A model generated the notes under the pieces. The model worked only from the letters and a program-made list of their open reading frames with translations. It did not search any database and had not been told where the DNA came from. A DNA stretch of 64,000 bases from Alphaproteobacteria bacterium (lineage in GTDB: Bacteria > Pseudomonadota > Alphaproteobacteria > UBA828), in contig CBDCQT010000010.1 in assembly GCA_965220745.1 (NCBI GenBank), positions 256,001 through 320,000 on the forward strand, given 5' to 3'. Positions 10,737 to 21,174 of the stretch are shown piece after piece. The translations under genes were made by a program, and so were the position numbers. Position 1 is the stretch's first letter, and each line of letters begins with the position of its first letter.

Positions 10737-13124
10737 ATGGTGGACGAAGGTATCGGCGCTCCGGTGAGGCGCAAGGAAGATGCCCGGTTCCTGACGGGGC
10801 AGGGCAGATACGTCGACGATATCAAGAGACCCGGCCAGACCTACGCCTGTTTTGTCCGGTCGCCCCACGCCCATGCGCGCCTCAAGTCGATCGACACGGG
10901 GCAGGCGGCGCAGGCGCCGGGCTTCGTGGCGGCTTATACCGCCACCGATCTGGAACGCGATCGTATCGGCGCTCTTCCCTGTGTCTGGGTTTTCCAGAAC
11001 GCGGATGGCTCAGACATCAAATTGCCGCCCCATCCCCTTCTCGCGGTCGACAAGGTCCGCCATGTGGGCGATCCGGTCGCCGTCGTCATCGGAGAAAGCC
11101 TCAATACAGCCCTGGATGCGGCCGATCTCGTGGCGGTCGACTACGAGGAGTTGCCGGTTGCGGCCGATACGTCCAGCGCCGACGGAAAGGGAGCGCCCCA
11201 GCTTCATGAGGAAGCACCCGACAATGTTTGCTTCGATTGGGAAAACGGCAACAAGGATGCGGTCGAGGCCGCCTTCGCGAACGCGTACCACGTGACGAAG
11301 CTCGATTTCATCGTCAACCGGCTCGTGCAGGTTCCCATGGAGGTCCGCGCCGTCAATGCCGAGTACGACAGAATAAGCGGGCGCTACACGATCTATCTCT
11401 CGAGTCAGAATCCGCATATGGCCCGCAGCCTTATGGCGATCGACATATTGCACGTGCCCGAGACCAAAGTGCGGGTCATTGCGCCGGATGTAGGCGGGGG
11501 GTTCGGTGCCAAGAGCTTCGCCTATGGGGAGGAATGTATCGCGGCATGGGCCGCCAGGAAATTGGATCGTCCGGTCAAGTGGACGTCCAGTCGGTCGGAG
11601 AGCTTTCTCACCGATTCGCAGGCTCGCGACCATGTCACGCACGCAGAGCTTGCTCTCGATGCCGACGGGACCTTTCTTGCGCTGCGGGTGAGGACCACAG
11701 CGAACCTGGGAGCCTACCTATCGACCTTCGGACCGGCGATCCCGACCTTCTTTTTTACGACAATCATGTCGGGCACCTACACGACGCCGGCAATCCATTG
11801 CGAGATAAGAGGCGTGTTCACGAATACGGTTCCAGTCGACGCGTATCGCGGTGCGGGCCGACCGGAAGGCGCCCTGGTTATAGAGCGCTTGGTCGAAAAT
11901 GCCGCGCGCGAGATGGGGATCGATCGCGCGGAAATTCGACGGCGTAACTTCATCCCGAAGGACGCGATGCCGTACAGGACCCCGGTCGGCCTCGAGTACG
12001 ATACCGGCGACTTCGCCACTCTCATGGAAGAAGCGCTGAAGATCAGCGATTACGAGGGATTCGAACAGCGCCGGAACGAGAGCCGGGCGAGGGGCAGGCT
12101 GCGCGGGCTCGGCATCTCGTCTTTCATCGAGAACGGGTCCATGGGACCGTCGAAATTGTTGGGCTTGTTTGGCTCCCGTGTCGGCTTTCCGGAGTCGGCG
12201 CAGGTGCGTGTGCATCCCGAAGGCTCGGTGACGTTATTCACCGGCAGCCATTCGCACGGGCAAGGTCACGAAACCACGTTCGCCCAGGTGGTCGCGGACT
12301 GTCTGGGCATGTCCCTGAACAAGATCGAGGTCATCCACGGGGACAGCGATCAGATCCCCTATGGGACCGGCACCTACGGTTCGCGCTCGATGGCGCTCGG
12401 TGGATCATCGGCCTTCCTCGCGGTCGAAAAGGTTATCGAAAAGGGCCGGAGGATCGCGGCCCACCTGCTCGAAGCGAGGGACGTCGACATCGAATTCAGG
12501 GAAGGCGCCTACACGATCATGGGCACCGACAAGTCGGTGAGCTTCGAGGATGTTGCTGGCGAAGCGTATCTGGCGCAAAACTTCTCTCCCCAGGAGGTCG
12601 AGCCCGGCCTGGACGAGACGGCGTTCTACGATGCGCAGAACATGACGTACCCCAACGGGTGTCACGTCTGCGAAGTCGATATCAATAGGGAGACGGGCGA
12701 GCTGGAAATTGCGCGATACGTCGTCGTCGACGACTTCGGAACGATCATCAATCCGATGATCGTCGAGGGCCAGGTTCACGGCGCCCTCGCGCAGGGTATG
12801 GGCCAGGCGCTCCTGGAAAACGCCGTTTACGATCAGGATACGGGTCAGCTTCTGGCAGGCTCGTTCATGGACTACTGCATGCCGAGAGCAGGCTTCATTA
12901 GCACTCTTGACCACGCGACAAACGAGGACAATCCGTGTACCCACAACCCCCTCGGCGTCAAGGGGTGCGGAGAATCGGCAACCATCGGTTCCCCCGCCGC
13001 CGTGACGAATGCGATCGTCGATGCACTGTCCCCGCTCGGCATTACCCACATCAATATGCCGGCGACGCCGGAGAAACTGTGGCGCATCGTTCGGGAATCG
13101 GCTGAGGCGCGGCCGACCGGATAA
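10737..13124 (+). CDS. Molybdopterin-binding large subunit, xanthine dehydrogenase family (form II CoxL-like)
   Basis: DVGGGFG, AYRGAGRPE, HGQGHETT, GSRS, GVKGCGES. Confidence 0.9.
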   Translation: MVDEGIGAPVRRKEDARFLTGQGRYVDDIKRPGQTYACFVRSPHAHARLKSIDTGQAAQAPGFVAAYTATDLERDRIGALPCVWVFQNADGSDIKLPPHPLLAVDKVRHVGDPVAVVIGESLNTALDAADLVAVDYEELPVAADTSSADGKGAPQLHEEAPDNVCFDWENGNKDAVEAAFANAYHVTKLDFIVNRLVQVPMEVRAVNAEYDRISGRYTIYLSSQNPHMARSLMAIDILHVPETKVRVIAPDVGGGFGAKSFAYGEECIAAWAARKLDRPVKWTSSRSESFLTDSQARDHVTHAELALDADGTFLALRVRTTANLGAYLSTFGPAIPTFFFTTIMSGTYTTPAIHCEIRGVFTNTVPVDAYRGAGRPEGALVIERLVENAAREMGIDRAEIRRRNFIPKDAMPYRTPVGLEYDTGDFATLMEEALKISDYEGFEQRRNESRARGRLRGLGISSFIENGSMGPSKLLGLFGSRVGFPESAQVRVHPEGSVTLFTGSHSHGQGHETTFAQVVADCLGMSLNKIEVIHGDSDQIPYGTGTYGSRSMALGGSSAFLAVEKVIEKGRRIAAHLLEARDVDIEFREGAYTIMGTDKSVSFEDVAGEAYLAQNFSPQEVEPGLDETAFYDAQNMTYPNGCHVCEVDINRETGELEIARYVVVDDFGTIINPMIVEGQVHGALAQGMGQALLENAVYDQDTGQLLAGSFMDYCMPRAGFISTLDHATNEDNPCTHNPLGVKGCGESATIGSPAAVTNAIVDALSPLGITHINMPATPEKLWRIVRESAEARPTG

Positions 13125-13370
13125 GACTGCAAGCGGCGACGCAGCTGAGATCACTTGCCCAGATCCACAGACGGCCGAACTGGTCGCGCGGGGCGACCAT
13201 TGACGGCTCATTTCACCCATTGCAAGACGGAGGCATCGGGACCGTGGGGTGTCGCCTGCGTCTTCCATTGCATCTTCGACCTGCCGGAGACCTGGCTGCA
13301 CAGCCTCCTCCCGTTGCTCGTGAAGGAGGAAGTTCAACAGGCCATGGCCGCAGTACCTGCAGCCTACGGC

Positions 13371-13423
13371 TGTCAATCGGCTTTGAAGGTTGACCCCTTA
13401 TCGGCGTGCAAAATTGACCCCCC
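13371..13423 (+). mobile_element. IS21-family left end with tandem internal repeats; no istA follows
   Basis: Starts TGT; two copies of ATCGGC-N-TTGACCCC; aligns with the reverse complement of 22466-22492. Confidence 0.7.
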
Positions 13424-13611
13424 TGAGAGGCACGGCGGAGGTTGTCCCGGTAGTCAATAGGGGGGACCCGCGCGGCTTCGTGTAGCGCTCCACGCTACGC
13501 GAAGCGAAGCCGCGTGGGGGGTGCCTGTTGGCTTTGCGCGGTGCGCGGACGGCTGGCGCCTCAGCGACCAACGATAAGGCGACCGGATAGGCTCCACGCC
13601 GCGTGCGGGGG

Positions 13612-14655
13612 TCAGCCGTGACTGCTGGCGGCGGCTCCACCCTCTGCCGCGAGATCGGCGGCGTCGCGCTTGAAGCACGCGACGAGCCCGCCCGCCGAGC
13701 CCACCTGTAGAGGCGGCCGACTTCGCTCGCAATCGTGGTCGCCTTCCGGGCAGCGGCTCAAGAACGGACAGCCCGGCGGCACGTCAATCGGGCTCGGAAT
13801 TTCGCCCTTGATGGTGTGCAGCGCGCTATCTTCGGCACCAACCCGAAGGCGCGGCGTCGACTTGAGCAGTGCCTGGCTGTAGGGGTGCCCCTCCGATCCG
13901 AAGAAGGCCTCCGTCTCCTGCAGCTCCATGAGCTGACCCAGATAAAGCACGGCGACACGGGTGGCGATCTGCCGCACCACGCTCAGGTCGTGCGTGATGA
14001 AGATGACGCTCAGGTCGAGCTCCCGTCTCAGTTGATCGATCAGGTTGAGAATCTGGCCTTGCATCGAGACGTCGAGCTTGGCGATCGGCTCGTCGGCAAT
14101 CAGAACTTTGGGCTCCAGCGCCAGCGCGCGGGCGATGACCACCCGCTGGCGCTGGCTGGCATTGAGTTCGTGGGAGTAGTGCTCGGCCGTCTCGGGCGGC
14201 AGGCCGACCCGCGCCAGGAGCGCTTCGACCCGCGCCGTCGCCTCGGCCTTGTCGCAGATCTTGTGTACGAGAAACGGCTCGGCGAGCACGCCGCCGACCC
14301 GCAGACGCCGGTTGAGCGCCGACGTCGGGTCCTGGAAGATCACCTGAACCAGCCTCGCGCGCTCCCGGGCACTCGGTCCGGTGAGCGCGCCGGCACGCGC
14401 GAGCATGACGTCGTCGAGCCAGATCTCACCCGCGACGGGCACCAGCGAGCCCGCGATGCAATTGGCGAGAGTGGTCTTGCCCGAGCCGCTTTCCCCGACG
14501 AGCGCGAGGCACTCGCCCCGATGGAGATCGAGGCTGACTCCGTCGACCGCGTGCACCCACTGCTTGACGCCTAACACCCTGTCCCTCAGCCCGCGCTTCA
14601 CCGGGAACAGCATGCGCAGCTCCTTGACGCTCACGTGAATGTCGGGGCCGCTCAT
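13612..14655 (-). CDS. Oligopeptide/dipeptide ABC ATPase (OppF/DppF-like)
   Basis: GESGSGKTT, QVIFQDP, ADEP, GCPFLSRC C-terminal domain. Confidence 0.9.
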   Translation of the reverse strand: MSGPDIHVSVKELRMLFPVKRGLRDRVLGVKQWVHAVDGVSLDLHRGECLALVGESGSGKTTLANCIAGSLVPVAGEIWLDDVMLARAGALTGPSARERARLVQVIFQDPTSALNRRLRVGGVLAEPFLVHKICDKAEATARVEALLARVGLPPETAEHYSHELNASQRQRVVIARALALEPKVLIADEPIAKLDVSMQGQILNLIDQLRRELDLSVIFITHDLSVVRQIATRVAVLYLGQLMELQETEAFFGSEGHPYSQALLKSTPRLRVGAEDSALHTIKGEIPSPIDVPPGCPFLSRCPEGDHDCERSRPPLQVGSAGGLVACFKRDAADLAAEGGAAASSHG

Positions 14656-15662
14656 GGGGTCGGTGCTGCCGCTGACGATCCGCTCACGGTCGCGTCCAGC
14701 GGGCTCCAACAACGATAGCTATGCCCGGCCAAAGGACTCTCCTCGTGCGGCGTTTCGCGCGCGCAGACGTCGAGGGCACGAGGACAACGCGGATGAAACT
14801 GACAGCCGCTAATCGGCTCGTCCCTCGGATTGGGCGGATTACCCGGCAGCGTCGCGAAGGGGAAACGGTACTCCTCGACGGAGGGCGAGCACGCCAGGAG
14901 AGCATCGGTATACGGGTGGCGCGGTGCGTTGAACACCGATGGCGCGTCGCCCTGCTCCACGATGCCGCCCGCGTACAGGATGAGAAGCCGTTCGCAGATC
15001 GTCGAGACGACGCGGAAGTCGTGCGAAATATACATAAGGGCGAGCTGACGCTCGTCGACGAGATGGCGGAGCAGCTCCAGGATCTGGGCCTGGATCGTCA
15101 CGTCGACTGCAGACGTGGGGTCGTCCGCAATGAGCAGGCTCGGCTCGCTGGCCAAGGCCATGGCGATGGCGACACGTTGCTTCATGCCGCCCGACAGTTC
15201 ACTCGGAAACGCGCGGAGCCGCCGTTCCGGCTCGGGAATACCCACCTGCCCCAGAAGTTGCACACTCTGTCGCGCGGCTTCGGCTCTGGTGACCGAGAGG
15301 TGCGTGCGAATCACCTCGCCAAGCTGGACACCCACCGGATAGACCGGCGTCAGCGACGCCGCAGCGTCCTGAAAGATGAGCGACATGCCGCCGCCGCGCA
15401 CCCGCCTCAGCTCGGGCCGCCGCAAGTTAAGGATGTCCTGGCCCGCGAACACGACTCGCCCCGCCGTGATGCGCCCCGGTGCGCGGATGATGTTCAACAG
15501 AGAGAGTGCCAGGACGGACTTGCCGCTACCGCTCTCGCCGACCACGCCGAGCCGCTCTCCGGCTTGGCAGGTCAGGCTCACTCCGTTCAGCGCCGCGAAC
15601 TCCCGGCCACCGACCCGGTAGACCGTGGTGAGACCCTCGACGCTGAGCAGTGGATCGTTCAC
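14652..15662 (-). CDS. Oligopeptide/dipeptide ABC ATPase (OppD/DppD-like)
   Basis: GESGSGKS, LSGGMKQRV, GCQFHPRC; GTG start overlaps the upstream stop. Confidence 0.9.
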   Translation of the reverse strand: MNDPLLSVEGLTTVYRVGGREFAALNGVSLTCQAGERLGVVGESGSGKSVLALSLLNIIRAPGRITAGRVVFAGQDILNLRRPELRRVRGGGMSLIFQDAAASLTPVYPVGVQLGEVIRTHLSVTRAEAARQSVQLLGQVGIPEPERRLRAFPSELSGGMKQRVAIAMALASEPSLLIADDPTSAVDVTIQAQILELLRHLVDERQLALMYISHDFRVVSTICERLLILYAGGIVEQGDAPSVFNAPRHPYTDALLACSPSVEEYRFPFATLPGNPPNPRDEPISGCQFHPRCPRALDVCARETPHEESPLAGHSYRCWSPLDATVSGSSAAAPTP

Positions 15663-16513
15663 CGGCGCTCTGTGGGATCGAGGTGGTAGCGCAGGCGCGC
15701 GCCGAACACGTTCCACGCGAGCACGAGGATGATGATCGCAAGCGCGGGGAAGATCGCGAGCCAGGGCGCCAGCAGCATGCTCTTCTGCGCTTCAGCCAGC
15801 ATGTTGCCCCAGTCCGGCGTGGGTGGCTGCACGCCAAGTCCGAGGAAGCTGAGCGCGGCGAGGTCCACGACCGCGTAGGCCAGTACGATGCTCGCCTGCA
15901 CGATGATCTGAGACAGGCAGTTGGGCAGCACGTGGCGCAAGGCGATGCGTAGCGGCGAGTAGCCGAGAAGTCGGCCCGCCTCGACATACTGCTCCTTCGT
16001 TTGGATACGCGCCTGCGAGCGCACCACCCGCGCGGCCGTCGGCATGTAGACGAGGGCGAGGCCAACCACCACCGGGATCAATCCGGGGCCGAAAATGGCG
16101 ACGAAGAGCACACCCATGATGAGCGCCGGGAAGCTCAGCAGGATGTCGCCGATGCGCATCATGATGTTGTCGACCCGACCGCCGATGTAGCCCGCAATGA
16201 GGCCGTAGACGGTGCCTAGGCCGACATCGATCACGACGACGGCAAACGCGCCTAGCAGCGCCATGCGGGTGCCGACGATGAGCCGGCTGAACAGGTCCCG
16301 TCCGCTGCGGTCGGTCCCGAACCAGAAATCGCCAGAGGGCGGCAGATAGTTCGAACCGGGATTGATCTGGTTCGGGTCCTGAGGCGCGATCCAGGGGCCG
16401 AACACCGCAATGATGACGAAGACCACCACGAGCGTCGCCGATATAGCGAGGGCGGGATCGCGCCGGAGAGCCGAGAGGATGGCCGCGGTTCGCATCCCGG
16501 CCTTACCCCTCAA
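15659..16513 (-). CDS. Oligopeptide/dipeptide ABC permease (OppC/DppC-like)
   Basis: WFGTDRSGRD, YVEAGR, LSFLGLGVQPPTPDWG. Confidence 0.9.
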   Translation of the reverse strand: MRGKAGMRTAAILSALRRDPALAISATLVVVFVIIAVFGPWIAPQDPNQINPGSNYLPPSGDFWFGTDRSGRDLFSRLIVGTRMALLGAFAVVVIDVGLGTVYGLIAGYIGGRVDNIMMRIGDILLSFPALIMGVLFVAIFGPGLIPVVVGLALVYMPTAARVVRSQARIQTKEQYVEAGRLLGYSPLRIALRHVLPNCLSQIIVQASIVLAYAVVDLAALSFLGLGVQPPTPDWGNMLAEAQKSMLLAPWLAIFPALAIIILVLAWNVFGARLRYHLDPTERR

Positions 16514-17514
16514 TCGGCATAGCGGGGATCGAGCCGCGAGGCCACGATGTCCACCAGCAAGGTCGTCGCTGTGAAGGCCACGGCAATGCAGACCAGGATC
16601 GCCTGAACGACCGGGTAGTCCCGCTGATTGACGGCGTCGACCAGAAGCTGGCCGATGCCGCCCATGCCGAACACGAAGTCCACCAGGACCGTGCCGACGA
16701 TCATGTAGCCGAACTGTACGCCCAGGATGTTCACCACCGGGACCATCGCCGTGCGGAAGCCGTGACGGATGACGGCGATGGGTCTGAGGCCGCGCGCTTC
16801 GGCGGCGAGGATGTACTCCCGATTAAGCACGTCGATCATGCCTGCGCGCAGTGTGTTGGTCTGCGCGGCCGTCATGGCGAGCCCGAGGACACACCAGGGC
16901 ATGAGGAGGTGAGAGATTCGATCCCAGCCGAAGCCCTCGCCGCGGCCGAAGGGCGGCAACCAGCCGAGCCAGAAGGAGAACACAATGATCGCGAGGATGC
17001 CGGCCGTGAACACGGGCACCGAAAGCGTGACGAGCGTGGCACCGATGATGAGTTGATCGGAAAGCCGCCCCTGCCTGAGCGCAGCAATGACGCCGAGCGG
17101 TATCGAAATGAGCATCGACAGGATCAACCCGCCGATGAGAATTGTGAGCGTGATCGGCAGCGTCTCGCCGAGAAGCTCGGTGACCGGCTCCCGGGTCTTC
17201 AGAGAGATACCGAAATCGCCCTGCACCGCGTTCTTGGCCCAGTTCCAGAACTGAACCGTCAGCGGCTTATCCAGGTCGAACTCCCGGCGAAGCTGCTCCT
17301 TCACCTCGGCGGGCACCGGGCTTCCGGCAGTCAGCACCGTCACCGGGTCGCCGGGCACCACCCTGAGCGCGAGGAATATCAGGATCGAAACGGCGATGAC
17401 GATCGGAATGAACGCGATGAGCCGCTGGGCGATCACGGCCGATACCAACCCCTGCCATGGCCAGGCCGAAGGGGGGCGCCCAATCTCGGACGCCCGCCCG
17501 TCGACCGGAACCAA
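16510..17514 (-). CDS. Oligopeptide/dipeptide ABC permease (OppB/DppB-like); start uncertain
   Basis: VPGDP, GDFGIS, AEARGL, RDYPVVQ, LDPR. Confidence 0.88.
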   Translation of the reverse strand: MVPVDGRASEIGRPPSAWPWQGLVSAVIAQRLIAFIPIVIAVSILIFLALRVVPGDPVTVLTAGSPVPAEVKEQLRREFDLDKPLTVQFWNWAKNAVQGDFGISLKTREPVTELLGETLPITLTILIGGLILSMLISIPLGVIAALRQGRLSDQLIIGATLVTLSVPVFTAGILAIIVFSFWLGWLPPFGRGEGFGWDRISHLLMPWCVLGLAMTAAQTNTLRAGMIDVLNREYILAAEARGLRPIAVIRHGFRTAMVPVVNILGVQFGYMIVGTVLVDFVFGMGGIGQLLVDAVNQRDYPVVQAILVCIAVAFTATTLLVDIVASRLDPRYAD

Positions 17515-17601
17515 TCGATAACCTGCCGCCCCACCGTATGCCGGTCGCCACCGGCTCCAGCGGACACCATTACGTCAAATGACTTTCCTGCTTCGGGTCA
17601 C

Positions 17602-19194
17602 TCACTCACTGAAGGCGATGTCGGCGTAGCGGTCGTATACATAGACCGGCAGGGTCTGTGCACCCGTAAGCCTTGACGACTGGAAGCGCACCGTCTGCGG
17701 GAACGCCAGGCAAAGCGACGGTTGTCGCTCCGTGAGGATCCGCTGGCATTCCTTGAAGGCGACCGCCCGTTCGGCATCGTCCGTGGTGTAGAGCGATGTC
17801 TCGAAATGCTTGTCGTACTCCTCGTCGGCATGCTCGGTAAAGTTGGGTCCGAACTCGCCGCCGTTGGGGCCGTACCATTGCAGCAGGAAGCTCGAAATAT
17901 CCGTATAGTCGGATATCCAGTACATCAGGATGCTGTCGAAGTCGTGCGAGTAGGCCAGTGCGATGGTATCCGGCGCCGGCAGCCGCTGGATGGTGAAGTC
18001 GATACCGAGCGGCTTGACCTGCTGTTGGATCGCGAGCGCCAGTGCCTCGTAGCGGACACCGGGGTTCACAGCCATGTTTGCGGAAAAGCCGTCCGGCAAC
18101 GAGCTCTCGGCCATCAGTGCTTTGGCCTTCTCGATGTCGGGCGCGTAGGTGCCCGCGTTCTCGTCATGCGAACTGAACGGAACGTTGGGCGGAATGAAGG
18201 ATCCGTAGGCCGGCTCGATGTACTTCTTGCTAAAGGCGGCGAGTGCCGCGCCCGGATCGATCGCGTAGCGAATCGCTTGCCGCACCTTGACGTCGTTGAA
18301 CGGCGGCTTCTGGTTGGCCATGTGGAGTAGTGTGTGCTCCCAGCCCGGCGCCGTCTGGATGTTCACTTCGTCCGACCGCTCGAGGATGATGGCCTGGTCG
18401 CGCGGCACGTCGTAGGACAGATGAATGTCGCCACTCTGTAGCCCGGCGACGATTGTGGTCGCGTCCTTGATGTTGCGGAACTCGATCCGCTCGATCGGTG
18501 GCTTGCCCTCGTAATAATCCTCGAATGCCTCGAGCACGACGCGGCTGGGGTCGCGATCGACGAATTTGTACGGGCCGGCGCCGACGGGACTGGTTCCGAT
18601 ACCGTCTCCCAGTTCCTGGACATGCTCCTTGTTGCAGATGTTGCCGCCTTCGAAGTAGCCGATGAACTGGAATTGGTGGTCGGGCTGCTTCATCCGCACC
18701 TCGATCGTCAGATCGTCGAGGGCGACGGCCTCGTCCACATTGACGAACATGTAGAGCTCCCACGCCCCCTCGTTCGGGTCCGCGATGCGATTGAAGGTGA
18801 ACGCGACATCCTCCGCCGTCACGGGCGCGCCGTTATGGAACTTCGCCCCCTCGCGAAGCGTGTAGCGATAGGTCAGAGGGTCCGGATTCTCCCAGGACAC
18901 GGCCAGGCTTGGACGCAATTCGCCGGTCACCGGATCCTCGCGCATGAGCGTGTCGTAGATCTGGGTTTGCACATAGATCGCGGCGAACCCGCCCCAGACC
19001 TTGGGGTCGAGGGTTCCGACCTCTTCCACGTGGGCGACCACGAGAGTGTTGCCCTCGGTCCTCGCTTCCACAATCCGCGGCAGGATCAGCGAAGAAGCGC
19101 CAACCGCGGCGCCGGTGCCGAGGCTTCGCTGGAGGAACTGCCGTCGCGTTTGAATACGCTGCATAATTGATTGCACGCCAAGGTCGTCTTTCAT
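17602..19194 (-). CDS. Family 5 (peptide/nickel) ABC substrate-binding protein with Tat signal
   Basis: TRRQFL; TLDP, IYDTL, PSLAVSW, FHNGAPVTAEDVAF, GAGPY, VRQAI. Confidence 0.9.
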   Translation of the reverse strand: MKDDLGVQSIMQRIQTRRQFLQRSLGTGAAVGASSLILPRIVEARTEGNTLVVAHVEEVGTLDPKVWGGFAAIYVQTQIYDTLMREDPVTGELRPSLAVSWENPDPLTYRYTLREGAKFHNGAPVTAEDVAFTFNRIADPNEGAWELYMFVNVDEAVALDDLTIEVRMKQPDHQFQFIGYFEGGNICNKEHVQELGDGIGTSPVGAGPYKFVDRDPSRVVLEAFEDYYEGKPPIERIEFRNIKDATTIVAGLQSGDIHLSYDVPRDQAIILERSDEVNIQTAPGWEHTLLHMANQKPPFNDVKVRQAIRYAIDPGAALAAFSKKYIEPAYGSFIPPNVPFSSHDENAGTYAPDIEKAKALMAESSLPDGFSANMAVNPGVRYEALALAIQQQVKPLGIDFTIQRLPAPDTIALAYSHDFDSILMYWISDYTDISSFLLQWYGPNGGEFGPNFTEHADEEYDKHFETSLYTTDDAERAVAFKECQRILTERQPSLCLAFPQTVRFQSSRLTGAQTLPVYVYDRYADIAFSE

Positions 19195-19837
19195 GGTTGC
19201 CTCCCATTGCGCCGCGCCGTTCCGTCTCTCGCGCGGAACGTGTCACGATGATGCCCGCGCCACATTGCGCGTGGCGTTTAATCCCATCGGCGGGACGCTC
19301 GCGGTCGGCCAATCGCCCTACTGTATGCGGCGACCGTGTGACCCGCCGCTTCCTCGACCATGGTCGTGAGCCGATACTTGGTCATGCTCCCGACGATGGC
19401 CGGTGCTAAATCAATTCCAAGAAAGCACGCTTCACTATTCGCGACGACGGTACCAGAAAGCCCAAATGCCGTACAGACTTTGGAATGGGCCCTCCGGGGC
19501 CCAATCCAGTTGGTGGTCGTTACGATCCGACTCAGGGGTGTGGAATGATGCAGGCAGCTCATGGTCGCCCTCGACATGCAACTGGAGACCAACGAGAGTT
19601 AGACCAACGAGAACTACACCAAGTGGCAACCGCGCGCGCGGCTGCTCGTCGATATTGGCCATGCCATCCTCGACGACAGCGAGCGCTACGGGATCTACTT
19701 GAGGAACCCCCGAAACCACGCAGCGTATCCAGAACTGTTGTTCGGCGCATAGGTTCGGTGCCGGTCGGCGCGGTGACCCATTAATCTTGGTGGATTGTGA
19801 GGGGTCAACAAGGCGAGGTTAACAACAACCGATCTCG

Positions 19838-20118
19838 GGCGGCCACTTTCGCATCACCTGCCGCTCTGGAGCTTGGCGCGCAAGGAAGCCGGGATCGAAG
19901 ACGTGCGCCTTCATGACCTTCGTCACTCGTTCGCGAGCCACGCAGTTCTGCAAGGCATCCTGTTGCCGGTCGTCTCTCGCTTACTCGGTCACAAGCGTCC
20001 GAACATGATGATGCGCTACGCCGATGTCCACGAACGCGAGACCGAGGCGGCCGCGGAGCGCATCGGTGCGTCCATCCCGCAGGCGTTGGATGGCAGGTGG
20101 GTCAGCTCTTACGGCTGA
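19838..20118 (+). pseudogene. C-terminal fragment of a tyrosine recombinase, close paralogue of the 60381-61541 integrase
   Basis: RPLSHHLPLW..ARKEAGIEDVRLHDLRHSFASHAVLQG..LLGHKRP..RY..ETEAAAERIG, nearly the same as the 60.4-60.7 kb segment; no N-terminus. Confidence 0.85.
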
Positions 20119-20349
20119 CTCTCCCGCGTATCGTCGTTCCGACCCTACACTTCGCCCAACACAAGCAGACGGATCACATCAGGTTTCGAAGGGCCTCTCT
20201 GCAGCGCATCACAATGGCGCCCGCGGAATGAGCCCGCCGCAAGCGTGCTGGACGAGAAAATGCGGACCAGCCGTCATACCTCGCTGCCGCGCCGTGCACG
20301 CCTGCGCCCATTGTCAAAGTGACCTGCCGAATCGCAGGGATAAACGATT

Positions 20350-20820
20350 TCAATATTGCTCACTGCGATCTCCGTCGTACGGGCTCCGACCCAGCCGCTC
20401 CTGATAGTCGAGCGTCCGCCAGTTCGCGCGTAACAGCCACTGCTCTTCCCGCTGTCGTTGGGCGAGAGCCCGGTCGATTTCCACCTCGTCGAAGCCGCTT
20501 CGCCGGGCCATGACGTATTGATCTGCGAGGATGTGGCCTGTCGCACGAAGCCGACCCCGGTAGCCCAGCAGCCGCAAATGGCGAGCCAGCGAGAAGCCTC
20601 GACCGTCCATGTGCGATGGGAAGGTAATGCGAATGAGGGCGATGCGCTCGAAGAGGGGCACGATGTCTTCGGCGGGCGCGGTGTTCTCGACGTCGAGCGT
20701 GGCCCGGTCAGGCAGAGCGGAATGGTCGTCCTCCCCTCTCCACCGGACAAATTCGCCGCGCCAGTCGTCGTCCTGAAACCCGCAGTCGCGGACGAGAATC
20801 CCGGGGCTTCCGTGTCCCAT
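20350..20820 (-). CDS. DUF934 family protein (sulfite-reductase-linked)
   Basis: FPSHMDGRGFSLARHLR..GRLRATGHILADQ..RSGFD; directly after the cysI fragment. Confidence 0.85.
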   Translation of the reverse strand: MGHGSPGILVRDCGFQDDDWRGEFVRWRGEDDHSALPDRATLDVENTAPAEDIVPLFERIALIRITFPSHMDGRGFSLARHLRLLGYRGRLRATGHILADQYVMARRSGFDEVEIDRALAQRQREEQWLLRANWRTLDYQERLGRSPYDGDRSEQY

Positions 20821-20822
20821 AC

Positions 20823-21140
20823 CTAGCCTCCTGCGGCCGAGATGTCGGGATAGAGCGCCGCCTTGAAGGGCTGCATGCCGACGCGCCGGTACGTCGCGAG
20901 AAAGGCTTCGTCTTCGTCCGACCGGAGCTTGAGGTAGGTGTCGATCAGCCGCTCCACGGCAGGGACGACGTCGTCTGTTGCAAAGCCAGGGCCTGTGCGT
21001 TCGCCGAGCGCGGCGGTCTCCGTTCCGTCGCCTCCAAGGGTGATTTGGTAGTTCTCGGCACCGGCACGATCGAGGCCGAGAATGCCGATGTGCCCGACAT
21101 GGTGATGCCCGCACGCATTGATACAGCCAGAAATCTTGAT
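20823..21140 (-). pseudogene. cysI: Sulfite/nitrite reductase hemoprotein 3' fragment, cut at the IS3 end
   Basis: Manual translation IKISGCINACGHHHVGHIGILG..YQITLGG..RVGMQPFKAALY; starts exactly at the IS terminus. Confidence 0.85.
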
Positions 21141-21174
21141 TGACCTGCCCCCGTCGACTGGTCCAGGTCGAATG

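Noticed and set aside
10737-13124. Aerobic CO dehydrogenase
   Set aside because: Active-site motif is AYRGAGR (form II-like), not AYxCSFR; no coxM or accessory genes
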